Source of the DNA: Hydrolagus affinis
Lineage: Eukaryota
Length of the DNA stretch: 64,000 nt
Reading direction: 5' to 3'
Assembly (NCBI GenBank): GCA_012026655.1
Contig: JAAILG010000953.1
Location: 1 to 64,000 of the forward strand
Made by a program: the position numbers and the translations under genes. This document shows, one piece after another, positions 39,186 through 50,950 of this stretch (position 1 is the first letter of the stretch; each line of letters opens with the position of its first letter). The notes beneath the pieces are model-generated. The model saw only the letters and a list, made by a program, of their open reading frames with translations, was not told the DNA's origin and made no database searches.

Positions 39186-39659
39186 GTGACCGTTGTGAAG
39201 GTGACTGTGGTTTAACTGTGATTGTTGTGAAGGTGGCCTCGCTTCCCCTGACATTGGAATAAAGTTTGGGCCTGAAGCTGCTCAGTGACCACCATTGGAC
39301 TTGCTGGCCTCTGGATCCTGGTTTAACTCAGGCTATATTGGGCATTGAACAGACAGTCCAATTTTATACTTTCCACACCACACTGCTGCGAATTGGCAGT
39401 TGAAAACAGCAAACTATTATAGATATAGAAGTTCTGTACATGGAAGCAAAGCTTGGAGGGTATTTGTTTTTAATGTTTAAGAGTCAGTCGTGCGATCACA
39501 AGGACCAAATCCAATGTCAGACCTGAACCATTCTTACTGCTCAACAGCACCTCCACTGGGTGGTGGTAAAAGAGAGATGATTCACACCAGTATCTTGACC
39601 TTTTTTACAGTGGATTTGGCAATGAACTACTGCTAAAATTGCCACAATTTCCCACAAAC

Positions 39660-40480
39660 ATGGAACCATAGAAATTTAAAGCACAGAAGACCACTTTGTC
39701 TATTGTGTCTGTTCTGGCTCTTTGAAAGAGCAATTCATTCAGTTGGATTATATAGGAACAGCTCCTCCTCCCAACCCCCAGCTTCTCTCCAATACCACTG
39801 CAGACTAATTTTCTTTTTTTAAATATCTATCCAATTCCCTCGATATAGATCCTTCCTCAACTACCACACCAAACAGGGCATTCAACATCCCAACAACCTG
39901 TATGAAAAAATCCTCCTAATCTCTAACTGTGGTGACTGTTCATATCTATCCCAAGATATTCTAACCTGATATTCATTCAGCGCCTTTTTTGAAGAAGTAA
40001 ATCAAGTCAGCCTCAAGTATTTGTGATGCAAGTCTATTTCACGTAGAGATTTCTTCTATTCTAGTTTTGTTTGAGACTTGTTAATGCTAAGCCAATGCTC
40101 CCAACTTCTGTGTTTATAGTATAAGTCAAATAGTCTGCTTATATCTACATCATCTATGCCTCTCAGCACTTAGATCATGACTTCCTTCAATATTATTTTC
40201 TCCAGCTCTGCAAATATAGCCTCATAATTTAGAGCCCTGGGTCATGGAACCATCCTTGTCACTCTTCTCTGAAGCTTCTCTAATTGCCCTTTTGAAGGTA
40301 AGGTGCCCAAAACTATTCACAATATTCAAACGCCATCTCAGGAATAATGTATGTATGGCTAGAATATCCTCTTTCGATTTATAGTCAAATGCTTTTTGAG
40401 ATATAACCTAGCATGAGATTAGATTTGTTGCTGGGATTCACCTGACTGGATACTTTGATCATTACAGAATGAATACTCAA
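39660..40480 (-). mobile_element. Decayed CR1 3' fragments
   Basis: CR1-type 3' end (catagaaatttaaagcacagaag) and an EYC..FWAPYL remnant near 40300. Confidence 0.65.
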
Positions 40481-40514
40481 AATTCATTTTGCCCATCTTT
40501 GCTCATGAAACGAT

Positions 40515-40905
40515 AATAATAATCCTTGCATTTGATAAAGCACATTTCACATCAGAAAGACATCTCAAAGAGCTTCACAGAATTTACCACAATTTGGAGT
40601 TTATGTATGATTTGTGGATGAATGCAGCAACCAATTTTGAACGCACCAATCTCTCAGAAAGAGAATCAAGTGGATGAAAGTTTTATTAAGGGCATTATTG
40701 TTTAGGGCATCAAGAGAAACTCCCTTCTCTTTTCAAATACCGCGATAGGAATTTTAACCTGTACAGGCAGATGGGACCTTCTATCTCCAACAATACAATG
40801 ACCCCAGCAGTTCACTCAAGGATCTACCCAGTCTATGTGAATTTAAAGTTCCAGCAAGGGAGATGAACGCACAACCTTCTGATTCAGAGGAGAGAGTGCT
40901 CCCAA
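40515..40905 (-). mobile_element. Old Deu-domain SINE
   Basis: Tail at ~40515; head acaaccttctgattcagaggagagagtgct at ~40870-40900. Confidence 0.75.
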
Positions 40906-41089
40906 AGGAAACAGGTTTACTCCCTTTCATCACCTACACATTTGCTAATTCTCATTCTATTATGCATTTTCCTCAGCAATTTACCTGCATTACAATTCAT
41001 TGCCATTCCTTTGTTCTTCTGTAATGATTGGTGTTTATCTCCCTTGCATTTGTTACACGGGCTTACGGAACTCAGTACAGTACAACCAA

Positions 41090-41720
41090 ATCATCTCTCT
41101 TCAAAGTCACTTAGACATAGGTTCAATATGGATCCAGAAAACAGGTCGAATTTTTCCCCAAAAGTCTTGAAATCAAAATCATCAATTGCTGCTTAGAGCT
41201 AGGATTTAGCAAATGAACAAGAACATGAAAAGTTCAAGAGTCGAGAGTCATATGTTGTCCTTATCAGAGAAACTGATAGAATGCCTTGTGAATGGCAATC
41301 ATAATATGCAAGGTTATTTTCTGAATACACTTTATAACCCAATTGATTCTTCATTCTAACCATTCTCTGGTCATGCTGGCAGAGAGCTAGGTAATGGTTG
41401 GACCAATCTCTGGCTGTGAAAGATAACAGGTATAGAAATGGCTGAATCTACCGAAGGCTGAGAAAACTAAGGGTCAATTCTATTATTAGGGGACAAGTAA
41501 AGATGGTCCAGCCGAAAGTTCTTAGTGATTATTGTGGCTGGATATTTCCAGATTGCTTTGATTGCATCGTATATAAGACATTATTGTCAGGAAATACTTG
41601 TCAGCTGTCAAAGATTGAATACTTGAGGACTCCGGATCTGAAACCTATGTTCATATACTCTAAGTGGGTTTAGATCAGTTTTCACCAAACTATAACAGGT
41701 GGCCTTCCCTTTCTTGCTCA
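41090..41720 (-). mobile_element. Decayed DIRS-like ORF1/gag fragment
   Basis: Remnants IYDAIKAIWKYPATI..RLDHLY..FSQPSVDSAI, QLGYKVYS and IDDFDFKTFGEK match, in order, vertebrate DIRS ORF1 motifs WxxPAS..RLDxxY..PxVDS, LGRKVYS and DLPFDGxxLFGEK. Confidence 0.5.
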
Positions 41721-42709
41721 CATCTGGACTAGGTGTTGTCAAGTTATGATCAGATGGTTTGTGGTTTTTCTAAAGCAAATTAAACCTCCTATGCAGTGAG
41801 AGGTAGGGGACCTGGTTTTGACAGAGATCAAATGGGGTGTGCTTTAAATATTTGGATAAGCTTGTGTCATAGCGTGAAGTGTAACGTATAATTCTCAAAT
41901 GGTTGGATTCAAGAAATGGCATCTGCAGCACTGTATATAATTTTCTCTCTCTCCCTCACACACACACACACAGAACTGACACCAGGAAGTATTCATTCAA
42001 CCAGAAGAACCAAATGATATGTTTTTTTAATGGTGTATCGATTAACTATGCTGGAATCCTTTCGCTCACAAAATATACTTTTCGGTATATTCACTTTTCA
42101 GTATATTCTGTGAAGCGCTTTGAGATGTGTCAAAGACTTGATCAGGATCTATATCAAATGAAATGATTATTAGTATTTATTTTCCTGGTGTCATGTACAT
42201 GTCCAGGCCTCAGCTGGAATTATCTGCTGTCACTGGTGAATTTGACAATTACATATTGAGTGAATCAGGTGGAGGACTCACAGCAATGGGATAACTTATA
42301 CATCACCCCGAAATCACAGCTCAATAATTCATAACAGTTCAAGGTCCAGACCACCCAGAAAAGGAAATCAAAGAATTTGAGGAAAGTAGGAAAAAGAGGA
42401 TTTTTTAAAAAAGTTTCTAAAATAATCATATTGTCATTGTCTGGTACAGTAACACATATATTTCATATTATAGGTAATAAAAACTGTACAATTTGTGATA
42501 AAACACATCCTTAGATATGTTTCTGCACAAACAATACAATTTACAATTATGGAGTGGTTTTCCTGTCAAGAGGACATCTCAAAGCATTTGAACATGTGTT
42601 TTTATGAGGTCTAGACTTGTTTTTATCTTTGTTTGGTGTGTGGTGAGATTCCCTGTTTTCACAGTGGACAACCAGCTGCCTCACACCTCTGCTGTCAAGG
42701 GTTCAGCTC

Positions 42710-42723
42710 CCAGCGGAGGGCAC
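42710..42723 (+). promoter_or_regulatory. CTCF-like motif
   Basis: CCAGCGGAGGGCAC versus consensus CCASYAGRKGGCRS (one mismatch). Confidence 0.35.
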
Positions 42724-42742
42724 GATCGGCTTGCAGCTATAC

Positions 42743-42869
42743 CTTTGATGACTTTTCCCAGCTGCTTCCTGGTGAGCTTCAGAGCTGGTATCCTGACAAC
42801 CTGAATTTCTTGCACGGAAGAAGCTAAATCCCTTTCATTCACAAATGCTTGGCAGCCTGTCAGCCAAAC
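42743..42869 (-). CDS. Putative internal coding exon (127 nt, phase 0->1): VWLTGCQAFVNERDLASSVQEIQVVRIPALKLTRKQLGKVIK
   Basis: Acceptor ctatacctttcag and donor AAG|gtatag. Only one frame is open. Phase-compatible with both neighbouring exons. Confidence 0.65.
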
Positions 42870-42971
42870 CTGAAAGGTATAGTTTAAGGACATTATAGCC
42901 ATAGTTTCAGGAAAAGGGTGGTTGCTTTAATTCAACTCATTATGGAATTTTAGAGGAAAAGATCATTGCCT

Positions 42972-43350
42972 TGGTCCTATTGTCAGCACTCTCACCTCTG
43001 AGTCAGATGGTTATAGGTTCAAGCCCTATGTTGGTACTTTGGACTCATAATCTGGTCTGACACGCCAATGTAGATCTGGAGGAACTCCGCATTGTCTTTC
43101 ATCAATGAGATGTTAAACTGAAGTCATGTCTACCTTTTCACTAGATCCCATGATGCTCAAAAAAGAAGGGAATTTTGCCTGATATCCTGGCTGAAGCCCC
43201 TAGATCAAATTTTGCATTCACATCATGGACATTTGTGGCACATTACAGTGTGCAAATCAGTTGCTGCATTTCTCTAGAAAATATATCTAGATACTTTGAG
43301 GCGTCCTCCCACTTGAAATGCCCCATGCACTAAATGCAACAATTATAATT
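42972..43350 (+). mobile_element. Old Deu-domain SINE
   Basis: gcactctcacctctgagtcagatggttataggttcaagccc..atgagatgttaaactga..gatcccatg. Confidence 0.82.
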
Positions 43351-44157
43351 TTTTACTATTATTATTGCAGGCAAATGAATCACAATGGCTTGGGAACCAA
43401 TCCTTAAACTGCTTCATGCTCTTCTGGTAGGGAAATTGATACAAGGCATCAGGATATGCAAAAGATTAACTCGCTGAGTGTTATGGGTGGTTGGGGAGTG
43501 TGGAGGGGAGGGGGAATTGGGGGTGGAATAAGATATCTCTCCAGCCCCACCAGCTCCTATTTCCAACCTATAAGACAAGTCATCTCTTCCTCCATGGTCT
43601 CACAAAGCACTTATTTAATTCATTACTTCACACTTCAATATATAAGCACACCACATAAAAACACATTGTAATACATTTCAAGGTCATTTATTTTTGACTT
43701 GCCAACATTCTTTGGGCTATTACAAGCTTTTTCATCCTTGATTTTGCAGAATTATTTCCCTTATATAATTACAGTTTCATAATGTAATAAATTATGGTCG
43801 TTCAAGAATAATGCTTGCAAACAATATTTTACATGATTATATGGAAGGGATTAAAGTCTGTGGAAAAAAGGCGCTAGCACAGTAACAATAATGAATAAAT
43901 TACAAGAAAAACTGCTCTGTTCTTTACCAGTGTATCAATGACCACAATGAGGTATTGTGCCTTTGCAGTCTGAGACCTACAATCTCCCAGTATTATTTGG
44001 CAATGAGAAAGGCCATTTAACGCCATGAAATTAATATTGGTAAATCTGTTTAAAACGGATTTCTGCAACATTTCACATTTGGTACACCCAGAATTTTGTA
44101 CAAATGTTGGAGAAAACAGCCTCAAACAGAGACTATTTCCTCTTTAGCTTGAAAGGT

Positions 44158-44190
44158 CAAGAGTTGGAATTAAAAAGATTCCAACTCTTG
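44158..44190. repeat. Perfect 13-bp inverted repeat with 7-nt loop
   Basis: CAAGAGTTGGAAT-taaaaag-ATTCCAACTCTTG. Confidence 0.93.
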
Positions 44191-44269
44191 TGACTGAATG
44201 CTTTTTTCTTCAATTTACTCATATATCATTTTTTTAAAGTATTATTCTGTGGAGCATTTTGAGGCAAAG

Positions 44270-44620
44270 TGGTCAGAATTGGGACTTTGAACAGTTTTAT
44301 CTGATACTGCTGGAAGAGTAGTGCATTGCTGGAGGTGTCCTTTAGATGAGATATTAAACAAAGGTCCTGGCTGACTATTTATTAAAAGATCTCAAACGGC
44401 TAATCAAACAAGTGAAGAGAAGATTCTTCCAGTCTCCTGGTCAGATAAAATTGTTCACTCACATCATAGTTGTGGGACATTGCTCTGTGCAAATTGGCTG
44501 CCCCATTTGCCTATAAATACAGTCAGTACACTTTGCAGTAAATCATGCAAGGCCTTTGAGACATTCCACTTAGGTGATAAGGCTCTGCATCAAATACAAG
44601 GATGTTATTATGTATTATTT
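44270..44620 (+). mobile_element. Old Deu-domain SINE
   Basis: gggactttgaac..gatgagatattaaac..gtgggacattgctctgtgcaaattggctgcc. Confidence 0.75.
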
Positions 44621-45439
44621 TACAGATGTGTATGGGCACTTCTGTGAACATGAGCGCGTTTGTCCGTGAAATATATCATCACTGTAGTTCAGAGTAAATC
44701 CATTTTGAGATGTTCTCTTAACATGAAAGGCACTGTATCAAATAATTATTATTATTTTATTATAATACAGCCTCTACATCCTCCTTTAGCTGGAGCTCTA
44801 CTCATTACATCATCTGAGTTGCCCCCCTATACAGTGGGGCCCACTATACAGTAGTTTCAGAGAACAACATCAAAACCCTGGAAAATGCTTTAGCAAACCA
44901 TATAAAATGTCCACTGCACTCGACTAATAAATAGAATATGTGTTAACAAAGTAACATCAACCACGTTTCACTTTACAGAATACCGGGCACCAGGAACGGA
45001 CTCTAAAGTGTCCCTTCGAAAGAAACATATTCTCCAATAAATTCACAGTCAAGTACAATTTCTATGAAACAAGCTTGAGGGAACAATGAACATTTGTAGA
45101 AATTGTACAAACTGAACAATTCTGAGGAGGACTATGCTTTGCAGAACCAGAAAAAGCACTCAAACTCAATCAGTGAGTAAGATTCTGAGCCCCACTGAAA
45201 CGAGCAGTTACAAATTCCAACCGCCAACTTGTCGCTGATTCCATTTCTCATCCTCCTTAAACCCTCAGATGTTACTCAGTAAAACTCTACTTGCACTTCT
45301 GTTTGTAATGAATCAAGACTTCTTGTAAACCTGTAGGCTAAATTCTCATGTTGAATCTAAGGTGTAACATCTCGTCTGCCACGATTCTTGAAGGTGGGTT
45401 GCATACTTTAAGTCGTTCTTCGACAAATTCCCACTGGAA

Positions 45440-45900
45440 GAATAGCCACAAGCTCAGTCCAAGTCTCGGTTAATCTTCAATGGAAATGAACTCTGACTAA
45501 AGGCATAGGTGTTTTACTCACTGCCCACACTATGCAATTGCCCAAAAGCCAATGAAGCAATCTTTGCTATCACCACGCTTATTCAGTGAACAGATGTCAT
45601 AATGACCAGGAAGGCTCTCTTAAATGACAAGAATGTTCGCTTCTAAAAGAAAAATATAAAACCTAGTATAGCGCTGAGTTCAGACCCCAAGGTGGGTGTA
45701 CAGACAATGTGGGGGATGTCAATGTGTTCTTTTTGGGAAAATACACTGTGAAAGGATGCAGGCTGTCCTTTTCCATCTGCCACAATGCATCTTCCTCCAA
45801 GAAAGAAGAGGAGAGTTTTTACACCACAAACTTTTCTATGATCCTATTGTCTTCACTCACTGCCTTCAAAATCTTCTTACAAGCTCACTGACCATAGTCA
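45440..45900 (-). mobile_element. Decayed DIRS-like tyrosine recombinase fragment (may extend to ~46900 across later insertions)
   Basis: PPWGLNSAL (45678-45695) and SFKRAFLVIMTSVH*IS (from 45627) match DIRS YR PPWDLNLVL and KTAFLVAITSARRVSEL. Downstream HS..TYAF..INR..D* resembles the HSTR..AF..ICRAAxW region. Confidence 0.55.
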
Positions 45901-46946
45901 ACGATCTCAAACTTACCCTCTTATCTTCCTCACTCAGTGATCCCCATTGCCTTTTTAACGCACTTCGATTCCTTCCTTCATGCCAGGAGCAAGCCTCAAG
46001 GCACTTCCACAAGATATCCTATAGAGTGTGGTGACTGTGTTTGTAGGTGCATGTGACAGTCCATTTCACAAACTGCCTTGAAGTGGTTGATCAATTCTAT
46101 TTGGAGGGTTGTAGGCCAAAAGAATGGAGTTTTTCCTGGTGTCCTAGCCAACAATCCATCAAAAAAAATTGATCATTTGCTTTGTGACTGTTTGGGACAT
46201 TGCTGTATGCAAATTGGATGTCATATCAACCTACAAAATACACAGTCAATATACTTTACAATAAATTCTGTGCAATGCTTTGAGTTGTTCTACTGATAAT
46301 GAAAGATGTTGCATCAAATGTAAGGAATATTATCATTATCAATGATTGGATGACTTAATATAAATTTTCTAAAAAGTTGAATAAAAATGTAAAAGTATTT
46401 AAATGCCCATGTCAACAAATTCCAAAGCTCTCTTACAGCCAGCACTAAGAATATAGGAATGTAAGGCCTGTCAGTCCTAAAATAAAAACAATAAATATCT
46501 TATCCTACACTATTCACTGTATCATACCCCTCCATCCTCTTCAAACGACTATCAAACTTCCTTTTGGATTTTGCTCATACAATTGGCCTCCACTTTCTCC
46601 CTGGGTAGTCTATTCTAAATACCGTATTCACCACTGTCTCTGAACAATGATTTCAATTAGAGTCGTCTACTCACCATCCTTTTTCTGAACCCAAGTGAGT
46701 GCTGGGAAGCGAGTCTGTGCTAAGACGCACTCCAGGGAAATGCTGAGAGGAATTGATACCGCCTATTACATCACCTCACCTTTGGATCCAGCTTCTATTG
46801 ACCAATTCTTCCCTGTGAGTATGGAAACCTCCAGGAGAAAAGGGGACTACGCATCACAAGATACTTTGTCAATTAAAGAAGTCATTATGATGTTTTCTTA
46901 AAACTTTGTTGGGAAATATTCGCTTGAGAAAGAAGATGTTATATAC

Positions 46947-47263
46947 AATAACAATCCTTGCATTTGATATAGCGCTTTTCACATCTTATCAACGTCTCAA
47001 AGCACTTCAAAGAACAGACTGTAAAGTGAATTGACTGTATATTTGTGGGCAAAACGTAGCAGTCAATTACGCACAGCAGTTTCCCACAAACAGTCGTGGA
47101 TTGAAATGACCGATGTTATTATTGTGTGTTTTTTGGACGGATTATTATTAGGTGTGTGGAATAAGGAAACTTGCCCAAGATTTTGCCCTGATCTGCCTGG
47201 ATTCGAAACACAGGTCGCACGCTTGTAAGGCGGGTGCTCTAACCACTGAGCTACAGGAGCTCC
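46947..47263 (-). mobile_element. Young tRNA-headed SINE, full length
   Basis: Complete head, core and tail on the minus strand. Confidence 0.92.
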
Positions 47264-50202
47264 ATGTTCCCTATTCCATTCATTGTTTCCCTTGAATTCC
47301 ACTTCTTCCAAATGCTAAAAGACTATGGTCAATAATGTGCTCTGCCAATTATTCTGACATATCTATCCTTAAACTTGAAGGCATTTCGTTATGGTTAAAA
47401 CTAACAAACTATCATACTCTTTATAAGGCGATAGAAAGAACTGCAATATTTTACTTTCAACTAAGGTTAACCCCCACTGATAAACACATTCCCTAAACAC
47501 ATCATCCTTTTTATCAAAGGGATTCAACACAACTCCTTTGAGAGAGTAAGACCATATTACCATACCAACTCTCCTGGTCCCAGCACATTCTCAAACTGTC
47601 AAATGAAGACAAGAAAACCCCCCACAAAATAAAGCTGTTTTTCCTTTAACAAACGATAAAGCATGTGTGTGCTTTACCCTATCAACCTCCTCCAAAAACA
47701 ATTCCTAAGTGGCTTCCCTCTGACCTGGTAATTCAAGTTATCACACAGGGAGACAAAAAAAAAGAACATGTCAAATTGAAGGGCAACTAAGGTGCCACCT
47801 ACTGAGAGGTGACCCAAGCAATGTGTAACTTTGTTCCCTTCTACTTCACTGACACTGACTATCATAGATGGAAGTGGACCCAATACATAATCCTTTTCTC
47901 AAAATGCTAGTGTAAAATCACCACGTTGTACACTGCAATATAATTCTGGCAAAATATAACATCACTTCCTTTAGCTTATTTCCTGTCAAGACAAGGTTAG
48001 CGGCAAAGATCAGAAATGGTCACTTGGCTACAAGTTTGTTTTGGGTTTGTTTTGGGTCTTCTAGGTTCCAGCGGCAGCCTCACGTACTCTGGCTCTACTG
48101 TACACTGGTTGCCATTCTATTTACATCCAATAAACAGCCATCTTACTTAAGTGTGTAAATGTATTTGCGGGCACTTCTCTGACGTTCACACTCCCACATT
48201 ACAAGTATATTCAAAACAATTCGTTACAAATGGTAAGCTATTCCTCGGAGATGCAGGAGTGCAAGTGGGGCAGTTACACTCAATGCACCACGCAGATTCA
48301 CCCACTGCTTAAGGCGCTTATTATAAACAAGGTACTTGAGTAGAGGAGCACTTCCCCAAAAAGAGAACAGTGCCAGGGATTGTCAATTAGTAACCTCTTG
48401 CTTCAAACGTCTGCAGATTTAAGTCTCTGTGTTTTCGCAGTCATAATGCCATGCTCCAAAATGAAACTCTAAACAGTGGATGGAAAAGCTGAGCAGATTC
48501 AACAATCTATTGCCTTTGAGATTTTCATTAGATCAATTTCTGACTTCTTGCCCTTTCATATGAATTCCGGGATATATTTCTCAAATTTAATAAAAAGTGC
48601 CTCCGGTGGGGAGAAGGCAAATTCTACCGAATAGATAATTTAACTTCAGAATTACAGTCCCGTTATTTAAATTCACCTTTGCTTGTAGTGAAGGGAGCAG
48701 GTGCGGTTAGCATCCTTCACTTCACAATACATGGTAAGGCACTATATCAAATGTAAGGATTGTATTATTAGCAGTATATTATTAGGCACTAATATTATTA
48801 TTGAAGGTTGTATTATTATTATATTATTCCTGTTTAATGTATGACTCCCTGAGACTCTACCCACATGATGGGTGCTACATAAATGCAAGTTGTTGTTGTT
48901 TTGCATTCTTTGACAAAAACAAAGATAAAGCTTTAAAGTAACATATTTATACTTTTTAAAAGAAAATTAACTAATGAAAACGGACGGATATGTGGCTCAG
49001 GCAGAGTAATATGTCATTATTATAATAATTATAGTAATTGTAATAATAATAATCCTTAGTTTTGGTATAGGCCCTATCATCTCAAGAGGATGTCCCAAAG
49101 CACTTCATAGGATAAACTCTAAAATACGGTGACTGTAATTTGTGGACAGACGCCCACAAAATATGAATTAACTTTTCATCTCAATGGTTTTAGATGGTGG
49201 AAGAAAACCCATCAACAATCATCTAATTTCCTTCCTCTTCAGTATTTCTTGCCAGTAACAGAGTTGCAGGGTGTTGCCAATCCAGATAATAACTTCTTAG
49301 AAACACTCAAGATATGACAAATTTTGATGTCTGATGAATAATAATTAATATTTAATGAATAAAATTGATGTTAATTCAACATTTACCTATTACAAAGAAA
49401 ATAATAAGCAATTTCAAACAATACTTCTCTAACTTGTCACATTGTATGATACTGACTTTGTTTCATTTTAAAAAAGATTGTCAAACATTTGAACCAATGA
49501 AAAATAGTTAATTTTTTTTGTTTTGTTATTATGTTTTCCACTTAGTTTTGGTCAACTGGGTGCCTGACACATCCATTTCTGTGCTTAAGAGTATCCAAAT
49601 CAGAGAGAATTCCACCTAAACATGGTAATTTCTCCACATCTGGAATGGAACTCTCCTTGGAAGAACGCATCCTGCTTACCAAATTCTGGAGAGCATAAGG
49701 TGTGGGTTGGCAATAGCCTATGCTTCGAGATCCCAGAGTGTGATTAGGGTAACTGCTGGAATTTAATGACATAATTTGCTATTGGCAAGCTAGTCCAGCT
49801 GGGATCACCCTACCCTTTAGGGCTGTGGTTTGCCTGTTTAACAGGAATATGAAGAATCCCTGCTCTTAGCATCTGGTCTGTTCTTCTAATTCCTGCTGAC
49901 AAGCCGGGCTAGCTGGTCTATCAGCAGCAGTGTCCTTTGTGATGACAGTGGATCCACATTGCTCAAAATACAGTCACTACATTTTACAGTGAATAGCGTG
50001 AAGCACTTTGAGATGTCCTCTTGACATGAAAGGCACTAGATCAAATAAAGGAATCATTATTATTTATGCTAAAAAATTATATTCAATCTTTATTCAATAT
50101 ATGAAAGCAACAGAGGTAATTGTTAATTCAAAGATAAAATATATTTTTCAACACATCAGCAAGGCTTATCTTTCCAAAAGGTAACATTTCATATTTTCTT
50201 AC

Positions 50203-50221
50203 CTTCCTCTTTAGATATATA
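50203..50221 (-). CDS. Putative 19-nt microexon TATATATCTAAAGAGGAAG (phase 2->0): (S)IYLKRK
   Basis: Strong donor AAG|gtaaga and acceptor attcatctgcag. Its length exactly bridges the phase-2 end of exon 60539-60598 to the phase-0 start of exon 42743-42869. Confidence 0.55.
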
Positions 50222-50616
50222 CTGCAGATGAATAATTTACAAGATGGATTTTTTTAAAAAAAGGAGTAGCCCATGGGAAAAATATCAGGAAAGATTGACT
50301 GACAAGATAATAGAGATCAGAAATGTTGCATCACAGCACTTCTGCATCACAAAACAGTGTGTGTAAGCAAGATGTGTTTACTGTAATAATACATTGCCTT
50401 CACATACTGGGGGATTTTATAGGAACTTATTTATTTTGTGGTACATTTTGGAAAAAAAACATTCTAATATCCGATCGCCATTAATTTAGTATCTTTATCT
50501 AGCACAGAACCTCACTGGATTTCCTCCAGGAGACTAAGATAATGTACAGTAAACTGCTGATAACTTGACTCTGGCTTAACTTAAGTCATCATGCTATCAC
50601 ACACACATACACACAT

Positions 50617-50950
50617 TCATAGAAAGAACCATGGAAATTTACAGCACTGAAGACTATTTGGTCCATTGTGTCTGTGCTGGTTCTTTTTAAGATCAATAGT
50701 TTCAGTCCCATTTACTTGCCCTTTCCCATTATCCCTGTAAGTTACTCATTTTTATGTGTTCATCTTATCCCCTTTCGAAAGCTAATATGGATACTGCCTC
50801 AACCACTGCTCCAGGGGGCATGGCATTACAAATCCAACCAACCTGTATGTGCAAAAATGTTCCTAACCTTCTCATTTGCCTGCTGCTAACTACCTTAAAT
50901 GAATGTACTCCCATGGCTGATTGTCTAAAAAACACTCATTTCTGGAGAAT
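50617..50950 (-). mobile_element. Decayed CR1 3' fragment
   Basis: Same 3'-end sequence as the 39660 copy (aaccatggaaatttacagcactgaagac..ccattgtgtctgtgctgg). Confidence 0.65.

Noticed and set aside
41090-45900. A single intact DIRS element joining the gag and YR fragments
   Set aside because: The domain order is reversed for the strand, no RT was seen between them, and a putative host exon intervenes.
45917-46018. Apparent minus-strand exon DILWKCLEACSW..EEDKR with a gtaagt donor
   Set aside because: Its acceptor and 5' part derive from a decayed SINE tail, and the rest abuts the DIRS relic.
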